64,000 nt of DNA, taken from contig OY763325.1 in the NCBI GenBank assembly GCA_963667315.1, positions 1,826,380 to 1,890,379 of the forward strand. The letters are read 5' to 3'. The position numbers were made by a program, and so were the translations under genes. A model generated the notes under the pieces. That model was not told the DNA's origin and did no database searches. It saw only the letters and a list, made by a program, of their open reading frames with translations. The stretch is from an uncultured Thermotogae bacterium. Lineage in GTDB: Bacteria > Thermotogota > Thermotogae > MWEM01. Positions within the stretch are counted from its first letter, which is position 1; the number at the start of each line of letters is the position of its first letter. Below are positions 30,037-39,292 of the stretch, in pieces.

Positions 30037-30735
30037 GTGACTTGTATGAATGAAAACTGTTTGGATGATCGTGAGAAAAACATATACTTCCAGTATTTGT
30101 CAGGAATTAATTTAAAATCTATAGATGCTGCAGAACTTATGCGGATAGAAATGCATCTATTTGAATGCAAAGAATGCTATGAACAGGTAAAAAAAGAATA
30201 TAAACTCATTAAATTTCTTCAGAACTGGTCATTTGAAGGACACGCTCAAACAGTTAAACTTTTCAATTTCATTGAAAATTTGAGAAATTACTACGAAGAG
30301 GAAAATGACGAAAAGAAAAAAAATTTAATTGAGAAATTACTTCAATCTGACTTTGATTATCGCGGAAGAGGTTTTGATGAATTTCTGAATAAACGTAAAG
30401 AAAAAGAGACTTTTAAATTCAAATATTTCTTTACAATAGAAGTGGAAAAAACCAAAGAAAATTCACAAAAACTAAAAATTTTAGATGAAAAAAAATCGGC
30501 TGAAGAATTCGTCTTATGCTATAAAGATAATTATCTCTTGATCAAATCTAGAACTGACAATTTTGCTGGAACCGATACACCTTTTGGGATATTGTCTTCT
30601 GTCAACAAAGAGAATAATTATCTAAAATTAAAGCAATTTACTCCAACAGACGAAAGTCCTCAATTATCCTTTTTATGTCTAACTCCTGGAAGATATAATC
30701 TGTATATTGAGGAGAATATTTCAGCTAGCAAATAG
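30037..30735 (+). CDS. zf-HC2/ZAS-type anti-sigma-like protein with X-like C-terminus (copy 3)
   Basis: MHLFECKECYE (HxxxCxxC); C-terminal SFLCLTPGRYNLYIEE resembles F.DL..G.Y.lfIE. Start may be ATG 30046. Confidence 0.7.
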   Translation: MTCMNENCLDDREKNIYFQYLSGINLKSIDAAELMRIEMHLFECKECYEQVKKEYKLIKFLQNWSFEGHAQTVKLFNFIENLRNYYEEENDEKKKNLIEKLLQSDFDYRGRGFDEFLNKRKEKETFKFKYFFTIEVEKTKENSQKLKILDEKKSAEEFVLCYKDNYLLIKSRTDNFAGTDTPFGILSSVNKENNYLKLKQFTPTDESPQLSFLCLTPGRYNLYIEENISASK

Positions 30736-30928
30736 GAACTGGAGGGGGTTAAAGTTAAATGCTAAGTCATAAATCGTGCAGTGTAGAGTTTTCTGCGTAT
30801 TTCGGCTATTCTTGACTGACATAGAGCCGTTCAAGGAGCTGAGTTTCATAAATGTTAAAATGAAATACCGTCTCAGTCTTTTATGTTCTATATGTCACTC
30901 AAGTATTGATTGTGTGAGGTGAAGTTAA

Positions 30929-31996
30929 ATGAACATAGAAATGCGGAAGTATTTACTTCAAAGCTTTATCAAGTTTTTCATTTTAAATCATTCTGAACTT
31001 CTAAGGCGTTTTTCAGATGACGAAGAAATTGTTAATCTTTGTTTTAAAGAGGTTTTAAGTGTTCTCAGCGATCAGGAAATAGAAGTTTTATGCAATGATC
31101 CACAAAAAAGATTTGATTTACTGAAGCTCGAAAGAGTTAACGATAGGATATATTTCGAGTTAATAAAACAAGGGAATCATAATGCGATTTCTGACTTAAT
31201 GAAATCCTATACACCTCAGATCAGATTCTATTTCTATAGTTTACTCGGAAAAAAATTCATTTACTGCAACAGAAATATTGTGAATGATGTAATTGATTCT
31301 GAATGGTGTAAACTTTGGCTTTACAGAGAGAATTATGATTACTCAATTGCCAGTTTCGTTACTTATTTCATCCGCATAGTCTATAATGCTTTGCGCGAAA
31401 TTGAAAGAAAACTTTCTAATGATGCTCAGGTTATTATATGGCTTTCTTCCAAGAAGAAGACAGAAAATGTGTTTATTGATGATCCTATTGAGTATCTTGG
31501 TTTTAGAAATTGCGCATTATGTCCACGGACACCAGAAAATATATGTGTGGATTACCATGAAGGACAAATTGTTTTAGGGTATTTATTTAAAACGAGATTA
31601 GCACCTGTTTGGAAAATCATTTTATATGGAATTATGATCAGTAATTACAAGATCGGTTATATTGTTCAAGAGCTTTCTGAACATAATATGTATCAGTTGT
31701 TGAGTATTTTGAAAACAGAAATCTCAAACACTCTTCCTGAATCTGTTGACTATTTATCATGGCTCTTCAGAGAAATACATGAAGATATTGAACAAACACC
31801 ATCTGATTTATTTTCAAAATTCGGGGGCAAATCAGATAAGAAAATAGCACAATATACCCATATTCCTGTGAAACATATAAAACTGAAAGATTTGATCAAG
31901 GGGGAACAGACTTTAAGTAACTGGAAGTTTGCAATAAAAAGGACATTAAGAAAGCATCGTCTACGTCAAATTATCGAAGAAAAAGTTTTTTTTTAG
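30929..31996 (+). CDS. Divergent sigma-70 (ECF-like) protein (paralog 2)
   Basis: Region-2-like NAISDLMKSYTPQIRFYF...DVIDSEWCKLWLYRENYDYSIASFVTYFIRIVYNALRE. Confidence 0.6.
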   Translation: MNIEMRKYLLQSFIKFFILNHSELLRRFSDDEEIVNLCFKEVLSVLSDQEIEVLCNDPQKRFDLLKLERVNDRIYFELIKQGNHNAISDLMKSYTPQIRFYFYSLLGKKFIYCNRNIVNDVIDSEWCKLWLYRENYDYSIASFVTYFIRIVYNALREIERKLSNDAQVIIWLSSKKKTENVFIDDPIEYLGFRNCALCPRTPENICVDYHEGQIVLGYLFKTRLAPVWKIILYGIMISNYKIGYIVQELSEHNMYQLLSILKTEISNTLPESVDYLSWLFREIHEDIEQTPSDLFSKFGGKSDKKIAQYTHIPVKHIKLKDLIKGEQTLSNWKFAIKRTLRKHRLRQIIEEKVFF

Positions 31997-32079
31997 ACAA
32001 GGAATTACGTTTTTAATGTCTTTTCCTGTACTATCCCTCCATTTGTATGGCGGGGTAGTACAAAAAGGGGGGCGTAACA

Positions 32080-33150
32080 ATGAATAGCAATTCTGATTGT
32101 AAAAGAGATAAATATACTGCAAGAGAACTTCTTTCGCGAAGTATTTATATGGAGTTCAGACTGAAATACAAAAAGCTATTGACACCATCAGCACAAACTG
32201 AGGAAGAAAAAAAGAATATTATGTCTTCACTAAGAGAAGTTGTAGAAACTATAGTCAGGCAACTCAGCGACAAAGAAGTTAATTATTACATAGATAACAT
32301 CGACGATAGAAAGAAATTAGCTAATCGAATTAGGGATTATGCGCTTCTTTCCCTAGGAAGTGAAAATAAGGTTTTGGCAACAACACTTCTGATCAAACTC
32401 TACTCTGGATTTATCAGAAAGGTAGCTTTGCATACTTATTTAGATTATGAAATATCATTGAACTCGAATTCTTTCGAAGAAGTTGTTACTGATGTAATCT
32501 CAAAACTCTGGACAATTCGAAACACATATAATCCAATAAAAGGTACGTTTTCAACTTGGCTGGCAGCAATAATCCGAAATAATATCAGACACAATCAACT
32601 TGTTAGAAATAGAGTTTCATTAATTAGTTTGGATAAAAATTCAAATGATTCTGATTTTGATGATTTTGAAAATTATATTTATCAAATAGAAAGTCAAAAA
32701 TTGTTCACCTCTCCCGATGTGATTTTTGCAATAGAGTATTACGCGGAATCTGTTTTTATTGAGATATTTAAGGAACCAGTATCCTATCCGTGGCAGATGA
32801 TTTGTTTTTTGTTAAAAATAATAGGATACAGACCAAAATCTATTGTTGATCAATTCTCTGACTTAACACTCAGCCAGATTACAAAAAGTTTAAAAACAGA
32901 CTTTAAAATAATCAGTCGGTTTGAAAATGCTTTTATTGATAAATCTTTTGAACCATTTGAATCTAATTTAGAAATTAAGTTAAGTTCCGAGAATTCCCCA
33001 ACTTTTTATTACAAAAATCTTAAACTTTTTATCGGAAAAAGAACTGGTGACATTGAGTTGAATAATTTTTTTGGTAAATCACCTTCAAAATCTGTCAGTG
33101 AGTGGGCTTTAAAAGTCAGTCATAAATTGAGTTTAAAATTTGCAGAATAA
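32080..33150 (+). CDS. Divergent sigma-70 (ECF-like) protein (paralog 3)
   Basis: Clearest region 2: LLIKLYSGFIRKVA...FEEVVTDVISKLWTIRNTYNPIKGTFSTWLAAIIRNNIR. Confidence 0.7.
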   Translation: MNSNSDCKRDKYTARELLSRSIYMEFRLKYKKLLTPSAQTEEEKKNIMSSLREVVETIVRQLSDKEVNYYIDNIDDRKKLANRIRDYALLSLGSENKVLATTLLIKLYSGFIRKVALHTYLDYEISLNSNSFEEVVTDVISKLWTIRNTYNPIKGTFSTWLAAIIRNNIRHNQLVRNRVSLISLDKNSNDSDFDDFENYIYQIESQKLFTSPDVIFAIEYYAESVFIEIFKEPVSYPWQMICFLLKIIGYRPKSIVDQFSDLTLSQITKSLKTDFKIISRFENAFIDKSFEPFESNLEIKLSSENSPTFYYKNLKLFIGKRTGDIELNNFFGKSPSKSVSEWALKVSHKLSLKFAE

Positions 33151-33409
33151 ATAAACTACTCATTCTTTAACTTTTCAAATTTAAGGTAAATATGGTCATT
33201 CTGGCTAATCTGGAACTTATTTCTAAAACTCAATTTGCTGAGGTTGCTTATCCTCATCACCTTAGAATGCATATGTGGATAACAAATTATTTATGTACTA
33301 AAAAAAGGGATTGGATCAAGGAAAATTAATCAGATACAGGTTAAAATTCTAACGGTATTTTTATTTATGATAAAATCCCTATTGAACCTTCATTTTTAAC
33401 TTAAAGGAT

Positions 33410-33452
33410 TTTTTCTTTTTATCCAGCTTTTGGAGTGCATTTCCGATTCCCC
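33410..33452. repeat. Imperfect ~42-bp direct repeat, copy 2, at the island right edge
   Basis: TTTTTCTTTTTATCCAGCTTTTGGAGTGCATTTCCGATTCCCC, 10 bp from the fumarate hydratase stop codon. Confidence 0.65.
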
Positions 33453-33461
33453 GATCCTTTT

Positions 33462-33968
33462 TTATTTCTCCCAGATCGTCACCCCATCCGCGTCTATCGC
33501 CACGACGAGTGGAAAGTCCTCCACCTCTATACGCTGTATCGCCTCACTCTGAAGGTCTTCGTACAGGATGACTTCATGTGTCTTGACCCTTGAAGCGAGA
33601 GCCGCTGCCGCACCGCTTGGGGTGAGGAAGTAGCAGGTCTTGTGCAGACTGCACGCCTGTGCTGCATTTGCCGTTCGCTTGCCCTTTCCCACCGTTCCGA
33701 TAACACCGTTTTTGAACAGCATATCCAGGAACTTGTCCATTCGCTGGCTGGTTGTGGGACCGATGGCGCCTATGGTTTCACCACGGGGTGTTTTGGCGGG
33801 GCCTGCGTAGAAGATCAGTTTGTCCTTGAGATCAAGCGGAAGCTGTCCCGTTCTTGAAAAGTATTCCAGGAGTCTTTTCTGGGCGGCATCACGCATGATG
33901 ATGATTTCACCTGTGTAGTTTATCTGTGTTCCGGCTTTCTGTTTTTTGATGTCGGGGTTGTTATTCAT
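33462..33968 (-). CDS. Fe-S hydro-lyase (fumarate hydratase/tartrate dehydratase class I) beta subunit
   Basis: MRDAAQKRL, IFYAGPA, IGPTTSQRMD, VGKG, FPLVVAIDADG. Confidence 0.92.
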   Translation of the reverse strand: MNNNPDIKKQKAGTQINYTGEIIIMRDAAQKRLLEYFSRTGQLPLDLKDKLIFYAGPAKTPRGETIGAIGPTTSQRMDKFLDMLFKNGVIGTVGKGKRTANAAQACSLHKTCYFLTPSGAAAALASRVKTHEVILYEDLQSEAIQRIEVEDFPLVVAIDADGVTIWEK

Positions 33969-34779
33969 TTTGAAATATCACTTCTCCTGTTCTGCATATA
34001 TAGCAGTCTACGGAAATGGCCAGGGGCAGGGTTGCGATATGCGTTTCGCAGTCCATGATTCTCACGTTGTAGCAGCTGATTCCCGTTCCCAGACCCTGAA
34101 ATCCCACATGCAGGGCGTTGATCGCCGTTTCTGTCTCTTTTTCAAGGGCTACGTATCGTGCGTCCGCATGACGGGCATGAATACTTTCCGTCAACGCCAG
34201 TTTTGAGAGCAGCATCGCCTTTTCCGATGTGCCGCCAAGCCCGACTCCGATCTTCAACGGCGGACAGCTTCTGGCACCTGCTTCTTCTATATGTTCGACG
34301 ATTTTATTTTTTATTTCTTCCGGTGTGGCGGAAGGAGACATCATGTAGAGTCTGGAGAGGTTTTCGCTTCCGCCGCCTTTGATGAGGAATTTGATCCGCA
34401 GGTCAGCCCCTTCCGTCTCAAAAATATGCACCATCGCCGGTGTGTCGTTGAGTCTGTTCGTTCTGTCGAAGAGCGGATCACCCACACTGGAATATCTGAA
34501 CGGGTTTGAGGTGTAGACGTCTGCGACGGCTTCGTCGAGCAGGGTCTGCAATGTTCTGTCCAGCACCAGTTCTCTGCCTTTCCAGCAGAAGAATTCCAGC
34601 AGTCCCGTGTCCTGACACAGGGGCAGTCCTTTTTCACTCGCCACCTTGCAGTTCTCTTTGAGCACTGCTGAGAAGGTTCCGTCGTAAGCGTCTATGTACG
34701 GCTTTACCTCGGGATTAATCTCAAGGTTTGCCTTCCTGATCGCTTCTTTTATCTCTTGTTTGATCTGTTCTGTTGTCAT
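33961..34779 (-). CDS. Fe-S hydro-lyase (fumarate hydratase class I) alpha subunit
   Basis: PLCQDTG, KGGGSEN, AGARSCPP, GLGGTSE, HIATLP, CYICR. Confidence 0.92.
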   Translation of the reverse strand: MTTEQIKQEIKEAIRKANLEINPEVKPYIDAYDGTFSAVLKENCKVASEKGLPLCQDTGLLEFFCWKGRELVLDRTLQTLLDEAVADVYTSNPFRYSSVGDPLFDRTNRLNDTPAMVHIFETEGADLRIKFLIKGGGSENLSRLYMMSPSATPEEIKNKIVEHIEEAGARSCPPLKIGVGLGGTSEKAMLLSKLALTESIHARHADARYVALEKETETAINALHVGFQGLGTGISCYNVRIMDCETHIATLPLAISVDCYICRTGEVIFQNE

Positions 34780-35570
34780 TTGAAGAGGTCCTTTCTGAAG
34801 TTTTTATAATAACCCGATGATTTGTCGTCTTCTTCGTATCGGAATCGTCTGACAACTTCGGAGTCATATTCCGCCGCTATCCACGTTTCCTTGTCAAGGG
34901 CATCACAGAGTATATCTCCCGATGGGGAGATGATTCGGCTGTGTCCCAGGAAGTCAAACCCCTGATGTCCTCCCGGTGTGGCCGCACAGACGACGTAGAG
35001 GCCGTTTTCTATGGCCCTTGCCTTTGTCAGGGTATTGTAGGTGTTATATCGGCTTCTGCCGAAGGCAAACGGCATGAAGAGGATTTCCGCACCGTTGAGC
35101 GCTGCCTTTCTTGAAACTTCCGGCATCCCGATCTCATAGCAGATGGAGATGCCGCATTTAACACCTCCGAGTCTGAAGATTCTTCCCGGATGATTCCCCT
35201 GAGAGAAGCGTTCTTTCTCCCCTCTGAAGAGATGGGTCTTGTCGTAGTATCCCAAATGGGTGCCTTTTTCGAAAACGGAAACGGCGTTTTTGTATTCCCC
35301 TTTTTCCGTCTTTCTGCCAATTCCGGCAATAACACTGCAATTATGATTTTTCGAGACGGTCTTCAGCCATTCTTCTATGATTTGCTGTTCTTCGTCTATG
35401 TGTTTGAGGATTTGTGCCTCCCATGAGTATCCCGTTCCGAACATCTCGGGCAGCAGGAGATAATCGAACGGCACGAATATCTTATCGATGATGCGCCGGG
35501 CTTTTTTGAGGTTCAGTTCCAGGTTAAACGGTTCGCTTCGCATTTGAATGCTTATGATTGTTTTTTGCAA
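34776..35570 (-). CDS. Carbon-nitrogen hydrolase (nitrilase family)
   Basis: E-K-C triad contexts LPEMFGTGY, YDKTHLF, ICYEIGMPE; ARAIENG; TTG start. Confidence 0.9.
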   Translation of the reverse strand: MQKTIISIQMRSEPFNLELNLKKARRIIDKIFVPFDYLLLPEMFGTGYSWEAQILKHIDEEQQIIEEWLKTVSKNHNCSVIAGIGRKTEKGEYKNAVSVFEKGTHLGYYDKTHLFRGEKERFSQGNHPGRIFRLGGVKCGISICYEIGMPEVSRKAALNGAEILFMPFAFGRSRYNTYNTLTKARAIENGLYVVCAATPGGHQGFDFLGHSRIISPSGDILCDALDKETWIAAEYDSEVVRRFRYEEDDKSSGYYKNFRKDLFK

Positions 35571-35628
35571 AATTTCTCCTTTTTTTCAGATTTCACAGAG
35601 ATTAAAGTTACACACACCGCCAATACCA

Positions 35629-35668
35629 GGCAATTCGTGAATTGCCCCTACAGGGTTTCGGGGTTCCC
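35629..35668. repeat. REP-like palindrome with GGGTT tail
   Basis: GGCAATTCGTGAATTGCCCCTACAGGGTTTCGGGGTTCCC; a similar tail follows the 39293 copy. Confidence 0.7.
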
Positions 35669-35675
35669 TTAAATA

Positions 35676-36860
35676 TTATACACCCGTTTTGTACGCGCCA
35701 AGTTTTTTTCTCAAGGCTTCCACTTCTTCCTGATGTTCAAACAGGGCACAGGGGCCGTTCGTGTTTTCCAGAACGTGTCCGTTTTCTCTCAGTTCTACGA
35801 AGAGCGGGCTTGCGAGACCCTCTTTCAGGGTTGACTTTCTCATGTTATGCGTGGCGATGTCGGAAACGGGGCACGGGGTCAGGTCTCCCAGTGAATTGAT
35901 GTGGGCAAAGCCTTTTCCCGATGAGACACAACCCCCGAAGAGTTCTTCATCTCCTGGGGAATGAATAATGAACAACTGTTTTTCATCCTTGAACTTCAGA
36001 ACCTGCTCTCTGAAGGCCTTTCTCTGGACACTGTCAAGGCAAAGCTCCCGGCTGATCTTCGGGTCAGATGTTGAACAGGTGGAGTCTTTTTTCATCCGGT
36101 CGCTTTCCGTTGCGGCAACGGGGATATATTCTGTCAGGAATGCGAGATGAAGTCCTTCGTCGATGAATTCATCCACACTGTCTTCACGCATCCAGTAGTC
36201 GTAGTTTTTATTGGTGATGGTGACGGAGATCCCGCTGAGGATTCCCGCTTTCCCCAGTCGCTTTGCCGTGCCGACGGCTTTTTCATGTATACCCTCGCCT
36301 CGTCGCTGATCGGTGATGTCTTTTGAGCCTTCCACGCTGACGACGATCCCCGTGTTGCTCATCTTCTTGAGTTTTTTATACTCTTCATCCCCAATGGCGG
36401 TTCCGTTGGTAAAGATGAGAAAGAGCTTGTCATCGTGTTTGGCACACAGGTCCAGCAGTCCCTTGAAGACAAATGGTTCTCCTCCGGCGATGAGGAAGGC
36501 GTAGGTTCCCAGTTCAGCGGCCTCCGTGATGACACGGTCCCAGTCTTCAACCGTCATATGCGGCTGTGTGTTTCTCTCATCCATCTCAGAGACGTTCCCA
36601 AGGGCAGCGGCAAAACAGCCCTGACATTTCAAGTTGCATAAATGGGTAATGCTGAGTATCATGATAGGCGGCACCATGACGCCTTCTTTTTCCAACACTT
36701 CTTTTCTCCGCTCTTCACATCTGTAAAAATTTTTCATCATTCCGGCAGATTTCGTCAGGTATCTGGGATGTTTCATGATGAAGGGGAGAAATATTCTGGA
36801 GAGTTTGGGATTGACAAAATTCAACGCTTCTTTTATCTGATTCAACATCATTGTTTTCAC
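35676..36860 (-). CDS. Radical SAM protein with SPASM/twitch-like C-terminus
   Basis: CNLKCQGC (CxxxCxxC), AGGEPF, C-terminal GCVSSGKGFAHINSLGDLTPCP. Confidence 0.9.
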   Translation of the reverse strand: MKTMMLNQIKEALNFVNPKLSRIFLPFIMKHPRYLTKSAGMMKNFYRCEERRKEVLEKEGVMVPPIMILSITHLCNLKCQGCFAAALGNVSEMDERNTQPHMTVEDWDRVITEAAELGTYAFLIAGGEPFVFKGLLDLCAKHDDKLFLIFTNGTAIGDEEYKKLKKMSNTGIVVSVEGSKDITDQRRGEGIHEKAVGTAKRLGKAGILSGISVTITNKNYDYWMREDSVDEFIDEGLHLAFLTEYIPVAATESDRMKKDSTCSTSDPKISRELCLDSVQRKAFREQVLKFKDEKQLFIIHSPGDEELFGGCVSSGKGFAHINSLGDLTPCPVSDIATHNMRKSTLKEGLASPLFVELRENGHVLENTNGPCALFEHQEEVEALRKKLGAYKTGV

Positions 36861-37033
36861 CTCTGTCTTTGATAGTTTTATTGTACCTTATATATTTTAT
36901 GGTTTTTTTAATTTTTGGGGAAGGTTTATCACAAAAGTTCTGACCGGTAGTCATTTGTGGTATAATTAGTTGAAAAAAAATATGCAAACACTATTTTTAT
37001 ACAACATTTAACTTAGATGAAAGGAGAGACAGT

Positions 37034-38224
37034 ATGTTTAATAAAAAAGAACTGATTTCAGCTTTAAACAAAGAGAGAGCTCTTCGTCTTGAACTTGAAA
37101 AAGAAAATCAGTATCTGCGCGCCTTAAAACAGGCGATGCCGGATCCGTTTTATTTCAGAGATATGGACTACAACGTTATCGAATGGCCACAGGCAATTCA
37201 GGAGCTGACAGGTTATTCAGAAGAAGAGGCAAAGCACATAAAATGCGGTGATATGTTTAAAGCAGCCGTGTGTAAAGATTGTCCAACACAAACCTGCGTT
37301 GAGACCAAATCGTTCTTAAAGGATGCAGAAGTTCCCGTTTACAATAAAAAAGGTGAAGAAAAAGTTGCACTGGTATCCAACGCGGGTGTCTATGATACCG
37401 ACGGTAAACCAATTGCGGCACTTGAAATCGTCAAGGATATCACCACCTTAAAACAGTTACTCGACAGCATTTCAGATAAGTCCGAACAGTTGAGTGCTGC
37501 TGCGGAAGAACTTGCCGCTTCCTCACAAGAGGTTGCCTCACTTTCACATCAGGTTGAACAGCAGACGATAGGGGTTGCGGATCTGACACATGACGGGTTG
37601 GAGAGTTCTAACAAAGTTCTTTCCAAGACACTTGAGGCGTATAAAAATTCAGAGATTGTCGGTCAGTCGATGGAAGAAGTCATTACCCTTATGGATAAAT
37701 CCGCAAAGGAAACAGATGACTTGAAAGAAAAATCCGAAGGGATCATCAGGATCGTTGCTTCTATTCAGCAGATTGCCTCGCAAACAAACCTTCTTTCGCT
37801 CAACGCTTCCATAGAAGCGGCAAGAGCCGGAGAAGCCGGAAAAGGATTCGCCGTTGTTGCCGAAGAGATCAGAAAACTCGCCGTCAGCTCCAATCAATTT
37901 GCGGATGAGATCAAAGGAACCATTGATGAGATCACAAGAATGGTGATCGCTACCACCCAGAACATCAAGAAAACTCAGGAAAAGGTTGAAAAGAACGGAG
38001 AGGAAATCCGTGGATTCTTTGAGACTTTTAAAGTCATTAAAAATTATTCAGAAGAACTTGTAACCCTTATCGGTACCATTCAGAACAATGCGAACAGCAG
38101 TTCGGAATTGAGTACCCAGCAGAAACAATCAATGGATGAAGTCTCAAATGTTGGTCAGGAAGTTTCCATCATCGCAATGGATCTTCAGAATGAGATAAAG
38201 AAGATGAATTATACGAAGATGTAG
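37034..38224 (+). CDS. Cytoplasmic PAS-domain methyl-accepting chemotaxis protein
   Basis: [34 protein letters not shown]; N-terminal PAS-like region; no TM segment. Confidence 0.92.
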   Translation: MFNKKELISALNKERALRLELEKENQYLRALKQAMPDPFYFRDMDYNVIEWPQAIQELTGYSEEEAKHIKCGDMFKAAVCKDCPTQTCVETKSFLKDAEVPVYNKKGEEKVALVSNAGVYDTDGKPIAALEIVKDITTLKQLLDSISDKSEQLSAAAEELAASSQEVASLSHQVEQQTIGVADLTHDGLESSNKVLSKTLEAYKNSEIVGQSMEEVITLMDKSAKETDDLKEKSEGIIRIVASIQQIASQTNLLSLNASIEAARAGEAGKGFAVVAEEIRKLAVSSNQFADEIKGTIDEITRMVIATTQNIKKTQEKVEKNGEEIRGFFETFKVIKNYSEELVTLIGTIQNNANSSSELSTQQKQSMDEVSNVGQEVSIIAMDLQNEIKKMNYTKM

Positions 38225-38246
38225 GATGCTATAGAGTATTTTAAAC

Positions 38247-38275
38247 GGGAGCGACTAATAGTCGTTCCTTTTTTT
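38247..38275 (+). terminator. Rho-independent terminator
   Basis: GGGAGCGACT-AAT-AGTCGTTCC followed by a T run. Confidence 0.7.
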
Positions 38276-38352
38276 GTGTCTGCGTCTTCTAAAAAGTCAA
38301 AAGATCCTCCTGAGTGTTATAATTCAGACAAAGAAGAAAAGGAAGTGAGGAA

Positions 38353-39225
38353 ATGAAAAACATCATTCCACGCGTTGCGGCAATACACGATATATCCGGG
38401 TTCGGCAGAGCTTCGCTGACGGTTATCATGCCTATATTATCCAATATGGGGATTCAGGTCTGTCCCATGCCGACAGCCGTTCTCTCAACTCATACGGGGG
38501 GATTTGACGGTTTTGAGTTTATCGATCTGACAGAACATTTAACGGCATATATGAATCACTGGCGTTCGCTGAACCTGCGTTTTGACTCAATTTATTCGGG
38601 CTTTCTCGGTTCGGAAAAGCAGATAGCGATCGTGCAGGCATTCATTCATGACTTCAAGGCGGAGAATCAACTCGTCGTCGTCGACCCCGTGATGGGGGAT
38701 GACGGGAAGCTGTATCAGACGATTACGTCTGAGATGGTGGACGGGATGAAAGCGCTCGTGTCTGATGCGGATATGATTACGCCGAATATCACAGAGGCAG
38801 CTTATCTGCTTGACAGGGAGATTCCGGAAGACATCTCCGATTCGGATATCAGGGAATGGCTGAGGGCTTTATCGGCGATGGGGCCGCAGTACACCGTGAT
38901 CACCAGTGTGCCGAATGTCGAGAAGGGCAAGCAGACGGCAACGGTTGCCTATAACGCAAGAGATGAACGCTTCTGGAAGGTATCCTGTGATTATATCCCA
39001 GCTCTTTATCCCGGAACCGGGGATATGTACACGAGTGTCCTGCTTGGCAGTCTGATTCAAGGGGACAGTCTGCCGATAGCCCTGGACCGTGCACAGCATT
39101 TTGTTTCTCTGGCGATTCGGGCAACGTTTGGTTTTGAGATTCCGCATCGTGAAGGGGTTTTGCTGGAGAGGGTTCTGGATTCGCTGAAGGCACCTGTGAC
39201 GTCTACTTCTTATGAGTTGATGTGA
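38353..39225 (+). CDS. pdxK: Pyridoxal/pyridoxamine kinase
   Basis: HDISGFGRASLT, PTAVLSTHTGGF, SIYSGFLGS, VDPVMGDDG, TPNITEA, GTGDMY. Confidence 0.88.
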   Translation: MKNIIPRVAAIHDISGFGRASLTVIMPILSNMGIQVCPMPTAVLSTHTGGFDGFEFIDLTEHLTAYMNHWRSLNLRFDSIYSGFLGSEKQIAIVQAFIHDFKAENQLVVVDPVMGDDGKLYQTITSEMVDGMKALVSDADMITPNITEAAYLLDREIPEDISDSDIREWLRALSAMGPQYTVITSVPNVEKGKQTATVAYNARDERFWKVSCDYIPALYPGTGDMYTSVLLGSLIQGDSLPIALDRAQHFVSLAIRATFGFEIPHREGVLLERVLDSLKAPVTSTSYELM

Positions 39226-39292
39226 TACTGCAGCTATGATGCAACGCTCATTCACAGAAGATACATCATATAAATGATCATTTCACTTTACC

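Larger units (their letters stand above)
12219..33452. other. AT-rich accessory island: TPR-CHAT proteases, zinc-finger anti-sigma-like proteins, sigma-like factors
   Basis: All CDSs on the + strand; paralog expansions and pseudogenes. Spot-counted 60-nt lines give 18-37% GC at 27-33 kb versus ~50% just right of 33460. No integrase seen. Confidence 0.7.

Noticed and set aside
12161-33405. Short CATTT(T)AACTTAAA motif at ~12161, ~28847 and ~33391 as island end markers
   Set aside because: Too short and AT-rich to separate from chance without a computed background.
35676-36860. Radical SAM as the maturase of the 43.6-44.7 kb peptides
   Set aside because: It lies ~7 kb away in a fumarate hydratase/nitrilase context, has no evident RRE domain, and nothing links it to the peptides.
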